This document shows positions 13,601 to 25,600 of a stretch of 64,000 nt of DNA, one piece after another. How positions within the stretch are numbered: the first letter of the stretch is position 1; the number at the start of each line of letters is the position of its first letter. The notes beneath the pieces are model-generated. The model was not told the DNA's origin, did no database searches, and saw only the letters and a list, made by a program, of their open reading frames with translations. This stretch comes from Malacoraja senta (taxonomy: Eukaryota): assembly GCA_038087875.1 (NCBI GenBank), contig CM075981.1, positions 15,810,001-15,874,000 of the forward strand, written 5' to 3'. A program made the position numbers and the translations under genes.

Positions 13601-16600
13601 TGAATAAAGCCGGAGCCGGACCGGGAGGCATTGAGTGAGACCGAAAGCTGATGGTGCAGGGTAAGCAGAGTGCGGGGTGAGGACAGTGCGAGCTGCGTCT
13701 GCGACGACCACAACACACCCTCCACAGCAACCACACCCTCCCCGCCCACACACCCCACCCTCTCACCCCCCCGCTACCACCCCACTAACCCACCCGCCCT
13801 CCCCACATGAACCCACTCCCCCACACCCCACCCCCCACCCCCATTCCCCACACATCCCCAACCACACCACTCCTCCCCACACACCCTCCCCCACACCCCC
13901 ACACCCTCGCTTCCCCACAACCCCTCCCCACCCGCCCTCTCCCACCCTCTCCCCACACCCCGCGATCCCCGACAAACCCCCTCCCCACCAAACACACACC
14001 CTCCCCCACACACACCCCTCCCCCACACCACCCCACAGCCCCCTCCACACACATCCCCGCCACAACCCCTCTTTCCCACACCCTCTCTCCCCCGCACCCC
14101 CACATCCTTCTTTCCCCACGCCCCACGCCCCACGCCCCACGCCCCACGGCCCACTCCCCCATACCCCCCTGCCCACCCCCTCCCCCACACCCACTCCACC
14201 CCCCTCACCACACCTCCCCTCCCCATACCTCCCCCTTCACATCCAACACAAACCCTCCCCATCCCCAGTCCCCCCACCCCCTACCACACATCCACCTCCC
14301 CACACCCCCTCTCTCTCACACCCCTCCTCCCCAACCCCCCGACCCTTCCCCCAACCGCCCTCCCACTCCCCCACAACCCCCTCCCCACACACCCCTCCCG
14401 CACAACCCACCGTCCCCAACACACCCCCACGTCCCACCCCCCACTACCCCTCCTCCGCACACACCGACACCCCCCATAGACCACGCTCCCGCTCCCCCCC
14501 ACACATCCCTCCCCCACACTCACCCGCTCCCCCACACATCCCCCTCTCCCACGGGGAGAGTTTCAGGCGTGTTGCGGGGGGGGGGGCGTCCTGCAGCTGG
14601 GGACGGGACGACTCCAAGCGGGGGCATGTGTGGGGGGGGGGGAGCGTTTGCAGCGTGGAGGGGACGGTTTCATGTGGGGGCTGTAGGGGGCCGGTGTGCG
14701 AGGGTCTTACAGCGGAAGGGAACGACAGCGCTGCCCCCTATAGGCCCCGCCTGAAGCCGTCCCCAAGCCCCGGGTGCGGGATACTCCCCTCTCCCTCACC
14801 GGTCCCCGGCAACTCCCGTTTAAAGAGCGCAACACGAGAAGCAACACATATACAGGGTGAGTGGTGGAATATTGCTTTGGGGGAACAAGTTGCGTTGGGG
14901 GAACAGTTGAGTGGTGGAATATAGCTTTGGGGAATGGGTTGTGTTGGGGGACCAGGCCTCCCGTGTGACTTGGAACCAACGGGTCTCACTTAGTCTTGTT
15001 TATTATAACAGCCTGTGGAATATTTGAAATAGTACGAAAACCAATGCTTATGGTTTGAAGAACACGTATACATGGATAGGCAATAAAGGCTCTTCCCCTG
15101 CTAATATCAGGGGAAATCAATATTGTATTGATACTTTTATCGGTGCGTGCGTGTTCTGCTATCACTGGAGCACATCGAGTTTCAGCAGAAGTATTATTTG
15201 TTTGATGAAATAAATCTCTGTGCTCACCTTTTTCTTTTTTGCCGAGATGTAATTCTAGGTGGAACACGAAACATGATGAAACATGAATTAAGAACATATG
15301 TTTAGAAGGAGATTTAGCCTCAGCCGAAGAAGCTCTGATCATTTATTCTTGTATTTCCCAGAATTCATTAAGGTAGTCCACTTTCGAAGTGGACATTACC
15401 CGAGGAGCATAAGGGGTCATATATGATACAGGACTAGATTATCCACTCAATTGTGAAGGCCAACATCCAAGGTAGGCTGTATCCATTTGAGGTGAGAGCG
15501 GTGGCCGCGAGAAGAGGACCAGTTCTGTTAAATGCTCATCATATGCAAAGCCACTCATTTTTGAAATCATTCTTGTAAACCGCCTATGGACCCTATCCAG
15601 AGCTAGCACCTCCTTCCTCGGATATGGGGCCCAAATTTTCGCACAGTGCTCTAAATGCAGACAGGCCCGTGCGTTATAGAGACGCAGCATTACTTCTCTG
15701 TTTTTGTATTCCAGGCCTCTTGATATCAATGGCTTTCAGCGTAGGTTCACGAGATTGATCCCTGGGATGGCGGGATTGTCATATGAGGAAAGATTGAAAA
15801 GACTAGGCTTGAATTCATTGGAGTTTAGAAGGATGAGGGGGGATCTTATAGAAACATATACAATTATAAAAGGACTGGACCAGTTAGATGCAGGAAAAAT
15901 GTTCCCAATGATGGGCGAGTCCAGAACCAGGGGCCACAGACTTAGAATAAAGGGTAGGCCATTTAAGACTGAGGTGAGAAAAAACGTTTTCACCCAGAGA
16001 GTTGTGAATTTGTGGAATTCCATGCCACAGAGGGCAATGGAGGCCAAATCACAGGATGGATTTAAGAGAGAGGTAGATAGAGCTCTAGGGGGCTAGTGCA
16101 ATCAAGGGATATGGGGAGAAGGCAGGTACGGATTATTGATTGGGGTCGATCAGCCATGATCACAATGAATGGTGGTGTTTCCTCGAATGGCCGAATGGCA
16201 TCCTCCTGCATCTATTTTCTATGTTTCTATGTTTCTAAATGCTAGCATTGAATTTCCCTTTCTTACTACCGATTCGTCTTGTAAATTAACATGTTGGCAG
16301 TCCTGAACCATCACTCCCAAGTCCCTATGCCCATCCGATTTCTGAATTCTCTCTCCATTTAGAAAACAACCTATGCCTTTATTATAGCCGTAGACTATTT
16401 TATAAATGGGGAGAGAATCGAGAAATCGGAGGTGCAAAGGGACTTTGGAGTGCTGGTTCAGGACTGCCAAAAGTTAATTTGCAAGTGGAATCGGTATTGA
16501 GAAAGGCCAATTCAATTGTTGCATTTATATCAAGAGGACTATAATACAAAATCAGAGAAATGAGTGGGGATCATATGGAAACGTACACAATTATAAAAGG

Positions 16601-19600
16601 ACTGGACAAGCTAGATGCAGGAATTTTTTCCCCCAATTATGGGGGAGTCCAGAACCAGGGGTCACAGTCTAAGAATAAAGGGGTGGCCATTTAAAATTGA
16701 GATGAGAAAATACTTTTCACCCAGAGAGTTGGAAATTTGTGGATATCTCCGCCACAAAAGGCAGTAGAGGACATTCACTAAATGATAGTTAGTTGGAGCT
16801 CCAGTGGCTAGCGGAATCAAGGGGGATATGAGGACAAGGCAGGCACGGGCTACTGATTGTGGATGATCTGCCATGATCACACTGAATGGCGGTGCAGGCT
16901 CGAAGGACCAAATGGGCTCCTCCTGCACCTATTTTCTATGTTTCTATGTTTCTGTTTCTATATAATGCTTCGGTTCCATAAGGCTTCGTTCAGGCAACAT
17001 TTAGAGTACTGTGAGCAAATTTGGTCACCATATCTGAGGAAGGATGTTCTGGCTCTGGAGTAGGTCCAGAGGATGTTTACGAGAATAAATCCGAAAATGA
17101 GTATGTTAACCTATGACGAGCGTTTGTCGGCACTGGGCCTGTGTTCGCTGGACTTTAGAAGAATGAGGGGGGACTTCATTGTAACATACAAAATAGTGAA
17201 AGGCTTGGATAGAGTGGACATGGAGAGGATGTTTACCCGAGCGGGAGAGTCTAGGTCTAGAAGTGATAGCATCAAAATTAAAGGACATTCTTTTAGGAAG
17301 GCGATGAGGAGAAATATATTTAGTCAGAGGGTGGTGAATCTGTGGAATTCTTTGCCACCGAAGTCTGTAGAGTCCAATTCAGTGGATACTTTTTAGGCAG
17401 AGAGAGATAGACTTTTGCTTAGTACAGGTGTCAGAATTTATAGGGTAAGGGAGGGAGAATGGGGTTGGAAGGGAAAGATGGATCAGCCATGACTGTATGG
17501 CTGGGTAGACTTGCTGAGCCGTATGGAATAATTATACTCCTATCATTCTTATTACTAAAATTCATGACTCCGCACTTTTCTCTACTGAATTTCACCTGCC
17601 AATTCTCTACCCACTCGCCTAAGCTTTCCAATCTTTCTTCAGACTCCTGGCTTCCTGTACACTGCCTGCCCCCCACATATCATCATAAACATAAGCATGT
17701 TTTATTAGCCAAGTATGTTTTGCAACATACGAGCAATTTGATTTGCAAACAGTGATAACAATAAAAAGCAACAAAACGCACAGAATACATTTTAATATAA
17801 GCATCCACCACAGTGACCCCTCGACATTTCTCAATGCGATGGAAGGCGAAAAAAAGTTCAATCTCTTCCTTTCGTTGTCCTCCCGCGGTCGGGGGCATCG
17901 AACTTTCCGTTGACGGGAAAATCTTGGCTCCCGTAGCCGGCGGTCTGCCCCCCCCCCCGCATCGGGGCGATCAAGCTCCCGTAGCGGGGGGATCTCAGCT
18001 CCCCCGCCCCGGGTGATCAGACCACGGTTCGGGGGTAGACGAACCACCCGCGACTTTGAAGATTCCGGATGTCGGTCTCTACCCGAGAATGCGAGCTCCT
18101 CGATGTTGAAATCCGCAGGCGGTAGTTGGAGTGTCGATCCCAGGCAAGGGATCGCAGGCTCCGATGGTAAATCCAGAGCCCCGCGGTGGGGCTCAAAGTC
18201 AGTCACCAGCCAGCTCCAATATGTTAGGTCAAAGAGCGGCCGGCGATACGATGCGGAAAACATTCGCATCTCCGTCAAGGTAAGCGATTGAGAAAAAGTT
18301 TCCCCCGACAACCTCTACCACCCCCCACATGAAGCAAACCAGACAACAATAATACTAACTTTTAAAAACAAACTAAAAATAACAAAAACAATGAAAAGAC
18401 AGACAGACCATTGGCGAGGCTGCCATCGCTGACAGCGCACCTTAGCATCATCTGCATACCTGGCCACAATGCCGGCAATCCCCTTAGACACATCATTAAT
18501 ATTCAACGCGAGGAGAAACGGTCACAGCACCGACCTTTGAGGATCTACGCTAATCACTGGCAGCAAATCTGAATAAGCGCTTTTTATTGCAGCTCTTTGT
18601 CTTCTGCATCCAGCCAACGTGCTATCCATGCAAGTATCTTCCCTTTAATATTATGGGCTCTCATGTGCCCTAGCAGCCTGAAGTGCGGCACCTTATCGAA
18701 GACATTCGGAAAATCTAGGTAAACACGGTCTGTCTGTCCTGCTATTATCTTCCGCAAAGATTCGTCAGGAGGCAGGATCTTCCCTTCACAAAACCATGCT
18801 GACGTCGGCCGAGTGTTCGGTTTAGTGTTGCACCTCATATTTATATTATTGCATATTATATAAACAGGTGGAACCTAACTTGTATCAGCAAAGACGAAAA
18901 GATTTCAGAACGTGTTGCACCGCGCATTGAAGATGTGGTGACCTTTAAGTAAGAAAATAAGATGTCGCAGGATCACCACGCTAAGTCTTTAAACCCGCCA
19001 TCCGAATTTTGGCTGTGTTGTATATTGGTACACGTATTGCTAATAAACCACCACGAGAAGCCAATACACATTAGCAAATGCCTATCTAACTTATCGCATT
19101 TTGTTGCATAATCTATCATGGCCAGCTTACTTCTAGTCCTGTTTCCTTTGTTTAGGTTTAGATCGCCAATATCGGTTTCAAGTATTTAACTCTCTATCTC
19201 AGTGAACGAACCTGTCAAATTGTAATCAGCGTCCATCTCCTGAATCCTGACACCCACACAGCAAGCTCATTTAGCAATAATTTATTTTTGCAAATCGTTG
19301 CAACTGCGACATTTTCACGAGTGAGCATACTGGTCCCAAAGACCGTCCACAGCACTTCCGGGAATTCTATTTACACAACATTCATATGAACGTGTTTGTC
19401 AGTTATAGTGATTGGAATGACTAAAGGGGCTCTTTAGTCTCGGTTGCGGATGTGATGTTTTGGTATCTGGGGAATCTCTCCATAATACTTTACGTTCCAG
19501 GAAATGCAAGCCTCGACTTCCGTTTCGAAGTCTATGTAGTTTGATAGAAGTTAGATCTGAGCATGTCTCCACAAGTTTTAACGATCATGAATCTGTTTGT

Positions 19601-22600
19601 ACAGCAGTCCACTTGAGAAATTTGGTTTATCGTTTTGAAATCAAATTGCAACAGAATATTTATGCAATAAACACAATATTTCCGGTGTTCTGCCAATATT
19701 CTGCGGCAAGCTATAGTTTCCATCGCTCCAATTTGAGAACATACTTGAAGGAATACCTGAAGTATCAAAGGCATTTGAAATCTAGTACAGCACTGCATGT
19801 TCAGGAAGAAATAAAAACTTATTCTCCCGTTTTATCACCTGTCGGCGAAGTCTTGAGAAATACGTTGTCCAAGCCCTCATATCATATCGGCTTAACGACG
19901 TCGAGCTTTTTATGAAAGCGGAGTGCTTCTGGGGGATAGATATACATTAACATTGATATGTACGTTCCTATCCGTTATGTTAGTGGCAGCTTCAAAATAT
20001 CGAATTATTTTCTTAGACTTGATATTTTCCGACGTCTGGAGTGGCTCTCTATTCACAGTTTAGTCAACCAGGGAAAGCATTAAGTCACACATCACATATT
20101 TGGAATTGAAACAACAGCAATTTGCATGTACTCCAATTGGGGTGAATTGTAAACAAAACGTTTCCTGCTGACCTGTATCATGCAGATTGTCTTTTAGTAT
20201 CCCAACTTCTAAAATAAACGGAAGTCGACATATGTGGGAAAATTAAATTGTTACTTCAACACAACTGGCACATTGTAATAGAACGATGCAACGGATTACT
20301 CTTCAGACAAAAAGGGAAATATTACAACAAAAAGAAAATAAAGTTGAATCGTGGGGTAAAATTACCAAAGATAGATTAAGAACAAAACGAGAACAGAGTA
20401 GAGAAGTATGCCAGTGCGTAAACAAGTATGTTAGAAAGTGCAACATACACCCCCTAGGTTAAGCAGGAAGAAAGCACGAAAAGGGACGTTATCACTCGAG
20501 TGAAAGGAAGATGCAATTTCATTTATCATAATGAGTAGGCTGGGACTCTATTCCATGGAACGAAGGAGGATGAGGGGAGATCTTATGGAGGTATGCAAAA
20601 TCATGAGAGGAATAGATCGGGGAGATGCACAAAGTCTTTCCCCGAGAGTATGCGAATCGATGACCAGCGGACATAGGTTCAAGTTGAACGGGAAAATATT
20701 TTGATAGGAATCCGAGGGGTTACTTTTTTATACAATGTGTGGTGGGTGTATGGAACAAGCTGGCAGAAGAGGTAGTTGATGCTGGGACTATCCCATCGTT
20801 TAAGACGTTATGGTTAGGAAAGGTTTGGAGGGATATGGACCAAGCGCAGGCAAGTGGGACTAGGGTAGCTGGGACATTGTTGGGCGGTGTGAGCGAGTTG
20901 GGCCAAAGGGCCTGTTTCCACACTGTATCACTTTATGACTTCTTTATTATTCTATATTTCTAGAGAGAGAGAGCTAAAAACAATGCTTAATGTGTAAGTG
21001 GTGCACACGTACATTGCTATACATGAAAGATTCTAATCCTTTCTAATAGCTGGATATATTCTACTTGGTATTGATGATTTTATCAATTCTCATTTGTCCT
21101 GTTCTCGGCGTGCACATCGAGATCCAGTGGTATAATTAGTGCTGTATGCCCAATAAAATAAAAAACAAACACTCAGTGCTCACCTTTCACTTTTTTGTCG
21201 AATTTTAGTTCTACGTGAAACACGAAACATTATAAATAAATAGAGAGAAAATATTGATCCAGGTATTTTGAGGGCTCGAATTTAAGCTCAGCCGAAATAG
21301 CAGTGCTCGTTAATTTAGGTCTTTCCGACTATTCATTCACATTGTCTGCTTTGCAAATGAACATCTCCGGGAGAGTATAAGGGATCGCATTGATGCAGGG
21401 GAAGATTATCCACTCAATTGTATAAATAAACACGAAGAGTAGGCTGTATCCAGTTTCGATGTGTACGGCGAAATACGATAACGGCAATAACGAACGATAA
21501 CGGCGATAGCTCATGCAGGGAGCCATTGATTTAGTGCCCAATATGAAAATAAGCTTAAGTCATATATGCAGGTCGCCGCCCTTCTCAATATCTATTTGTA
21601 AATGTGTCTAGCACTGTCGTAAAATAAATATAATCAGGTTATTATCCTGTTTTTAAAATTTGTATTATAGATTCTGAATTAAGATGACGACATTGCTCAT
21701 TTGTGCTACTCCTTTGCGTGTAGTCTATTTCAGACTCACGTTGCGTATAACATTGAAAAACAAACAGAGAACATACATTATTTACAATACCATCCCCCCA
21801 CCCCAGACAACCCAGCGGTATGAACATTGTCCTCCAATTTTAGGCAGTCCCTGCTTTCTCCTCCCATTCCCAGTTCTCCCTCAGCCCACTGTCTCTGCCT
21901 CTTCTTCTTCCCGCCCCCACCCTCACACCAGTCTGAAGAAGGGTCTCGAGCCGAAACGTGGCCTATTTCCTTCGCTCCAAAGATGCTGCCTAATCCAGTG
22001 AGTTTCTCCAGCATTTTGTCTGCCCCCTTTTCCACTGATGTGCCTTTTGCGTACCAAAATAGATTGACAGCATTCCCGTTATCAACCCAATAAAAGCAAC
22101 TGGAATGATTTGCGAATTGACATTTTGTTACACGTGTTTGAAGATGGTGCCAATGTCCATGTTTTGCAAATTATTACCAATTTAGCTTTGCAACAAACAT
22201 TTACATCTGTTAGCGACGGTACTTGGTTGAGCATTAGCAAAGTTTGTCTACCCCCGATGTATCTGCATACGATTTTGGCACTAATATCTAGTGAACGTCT
22301 GCAGTTATTTTATTTAGTGTTGCGCTTCATCTTTGATAAATTGCACATAAACAAACAGATGAAACTAAATGTACATCAGCAAAGACGGAGAGGCACTCAA
22401 AAGTGCTGCATTTAATATCCAGTATGTTTTAAGTTATAAAAATAAGATATCGCAATATCAATGTGACTGCTCTCCAATCTCGCTATTTGATTTCTGGCGG
22501 AATAGTTCATTGATAGATGCATTGTTTGCTTTAGTTTGCATTTGATTAAGCTTGTAATGTTTGCCTTTTCACGAGGGCGCGTAACAAGGGCTAAGTGCAG

Positions 22601-25600
22601 CGAATCTTTGCTGTTATACGATTTTTTCTAAACGATAATTTGTTAAATAGGTTCGCCTCACCAACATCCGCGATTTGGTCTTTCAGCTTTGCTATATCTG
22701 AAAGAGCGAAAATGTCATTGGTAAAGACTTGGTAATTGANNNNNNNNNNNNNNNNNNNNNNNNNNNNNNNNNNNNNNNNNNNNNNNNNNNNNNNNNNNNN
22801 NNNNNNNNNNNNNNNNNNNNNNNNNNNNNNNNNNNNNNNNNNNNNNNNNNNNNNNNNNNNNNNNNNNNNNNNNNNNNNNNNNNNNNNNNNNNNNNNNNNG
22901 AAGTTCCATTATGAATATGGTGCACACAACGAACGAATGAATAATAAGAATCAATACATAGATACATAGATACATAGAAAATAGGCCATTCGGCCCTTCG
23001 AGCCTGCACCGCCATTCAATATGATCATGGCTGATAATCCAACTCAGTATCCCGTACCTGCCTTCTCTCCATTCCCCCTGATCCCTTTAGCCACAAGGGC
23101 CGCATCTAACTCCCTCTTAAATATAGCCAATGAACTGGCCTCAACTACCCTCTGTGGCAGAGAGTTCCAGAGCTTCACCACTCTCTGTGTGAAAAAAAAA
23201 ATCTCATCTCGGTCTTAAAGAATTTCCCCCTTATCCTTAAGCTGTGATCCCTTGTCCTGGACTTCCCCAACATCGGGAACAATCTTCCTACATCTAGCCT
23301 GTCCAACCCCATAAGAATTTTGTACGTTTCTATAAGATCCCCTCTCAATCTCCTAAATTCTAGCGAGTATAAGCCAATTCTATCCAGTCTTTCTTCATAT
23401 GAAAGTCCTGACACCCCAGGAATCACTCTGGTGAACCTTCCTGTACAACTGCAGTAGAACCTCCTTGCTCCTATACTCAAATCCTTTTGCTATGAAAGCT
23501 AACATACCATTCGCTTTCTTCACTGCCTGCTGCACCTGCATGCCTACTTTCAATGACTGGTGTACCATGACACCCAGGTCTCGCTGCATCTCCCCTTTTC
23601 CTAATCGGCCACCATTTAGATAATAGTCTTCTTTCCTGTTTTTGCCACCAAAGTGGATAATCTCACATTTATCCACATTATACTGCATCTGCCAAACATT
23701 TGCCCACTCACCCAGCCTATCCAAGTCACCTTGCAGTCTCCTAGCATCCTCCTCACAGCTAACACTGCCCCCCAGCTTAGTGTCATCCATAAACTTGGAA
23801 ATGTTGCCTTCAATTCCCTCATCCAGCTCATTTATATAAATTGTAAATAGCTGGGGTCCCAGCACTGAGCCTTGCGGCACCCCACTAGTCACTGCCTGCC
23901 ATTGTGAAAAGGACCCGTTTACTCCTACTCTTTGCTTCCTGTTTGCCAGCCAGTTCTCTATCCACATCAATACTGAACCCCAAATACCGTGTGATTAAGT
24001 TTGTATTCTAATCTCTTATGTGCTACCTTGTCGAAAGCCTCCTGAAAGTCCAGATACAACACATCCACTGGTTCTCCCCTATCCACTCTACTAGTTACAT
24101 CCTCGAAAAATTCTATAAGATTCGTCAGACACTATTTACCTTTCGTAAATTCATGCTGACTTTGTCCAATGACTTCACCACTTTCCAAATGTGCTGCTAT
24201 CCCATCTTTAATAACTGACTCTAGCAGTTTCCCCACTACCGATGTTAGACTAACTGGTCTGTAATTCCCCGTTTTCTCTCTCCCTCCCTTCTTAAGAAGT
24301 GGGGTTACGTTTGCTACCCTCCAATCCTCAGGAACTACTCCAGAATCTAAAGAGTTTTGAAATATTATCACTAATGCATCCACTATTTCTGGAGCTATTT
24401 CCTTAAGTACTCTGGGATGCAGCCTATCTGGCCCTGGTGATTTATCGGCCTTTAATCCATTCAATTTACCCAACACCACTTCCCGACTAACCTGGATTTC
24501 ACTCAGTTCCTCCATCTCCTTTGACCGGCGGCCCCCTGCTATTTCCGGCAGATTATTTATGTCTTCCTTAGTGAAGACGGAACCAAAGTAGTTATTCAAT
24601 TGTCCGCCATATCCTTGTTCCCAATGATCAATTCACCTGTTTCTGACTGCAAGGGACCTACATTTGTTTTAACTAATCTCTTTCTCTTCACATATCTATA
24701 AAAACTTTTGCAGTCAGTTTTTATGTTCCCTGCCAGTTTCCTTTCATAATCTATTTTCCCTTTCCTAATTAAGCCCTTTGTCCTCCTCTGCTTGTCTCTG
24801 AATTTCTCCCAGTCCTCTGGTATGCTGCTTTTTCTGGCTAATTTGTACGCATCATCTTTTGCTTTGATACTATCCCTGATTTCCCTTGTTATCCACGGAT
24901 GCACTACCTTCCCTGATTTATTCTTTTGCCAAACTGGGATGAACATTTTTTGTAGTTCATCCATGCAGTCTTTAAATGCCTTCCATTGCATATCCACCGT
25001 CAACCCTTTTAGAACTAATTGCCAGTCAATCTTGGCCAATTCACGTCTCATACCCTCAAAGTTACCTTTCTTTAAGTTCAGAACCGTTGTTTCTGAATTA
25101 ACAATGTCACTCTCCATGCTAATGAAGAACTCAACCATATTATGGTCACTCTTGCCCAAGGGGGCACGCACAACAAGTCTTCTAACTAACCCTTCCTCAT
25201 TACTCAATACCCAGTCTAGGATAGCCTGCTCTCTCGTTGGTTCCTCTACATGTTGGTTTAGATAACTATCCCTCATACATTCCAAGAAATCCTCTTCCTC
25301 AGCACCCCTGCCAATTTGATTCACCCAATCTATATGTAGATTGAAGTCACCCATTATAACTGTTTTGCCTTTGTTGCACGCATTTCTAATTTCCTGTTTG
25401 ATGCCATCCCCAACTTCACTACTACTGCTAGGTGGCCTGTACACAACACCCACCAGCGTTTTCTGCCCCTTAGTGTTTCGCAGCTCTACCCATACCGATT
25501 ACACATCCTCCAAGCTAATGTCCTTCCTTTCCACTGCGTTAATCTCCTCTCTAACCAGCAACGCTACCCCACCTCCTTTTCCTTTCTCTCTATCCCTCCT

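Larger units (their letters stand above)
1200..22530. repeat. Three diverged tandem intragenic duplication units (A ~1200-5950, B ~11390-19200, C ~19200-22530; ~2.7 kb each without TEs), each carrying one 27+36 exon pair
   Basis: Alignable intronic blocks, e.g. gtaagtcgcacatcacat near 1558/12268/20080, ccactcaattgt near 2457/15443/21410 and caaagacg near 4621/18889/22380. Identity is roughly 70% by eye. Confidence 0.85.

Noticed and set aside
13677-14924. 415-aa Pro/His/Thr-rich ORF and overlapping Gly/Val-rich antisense ORFs
   Set aside because: These arise from the stop-poor C/A low-complexity interior of a Helitron-like element; several frames are open at once.
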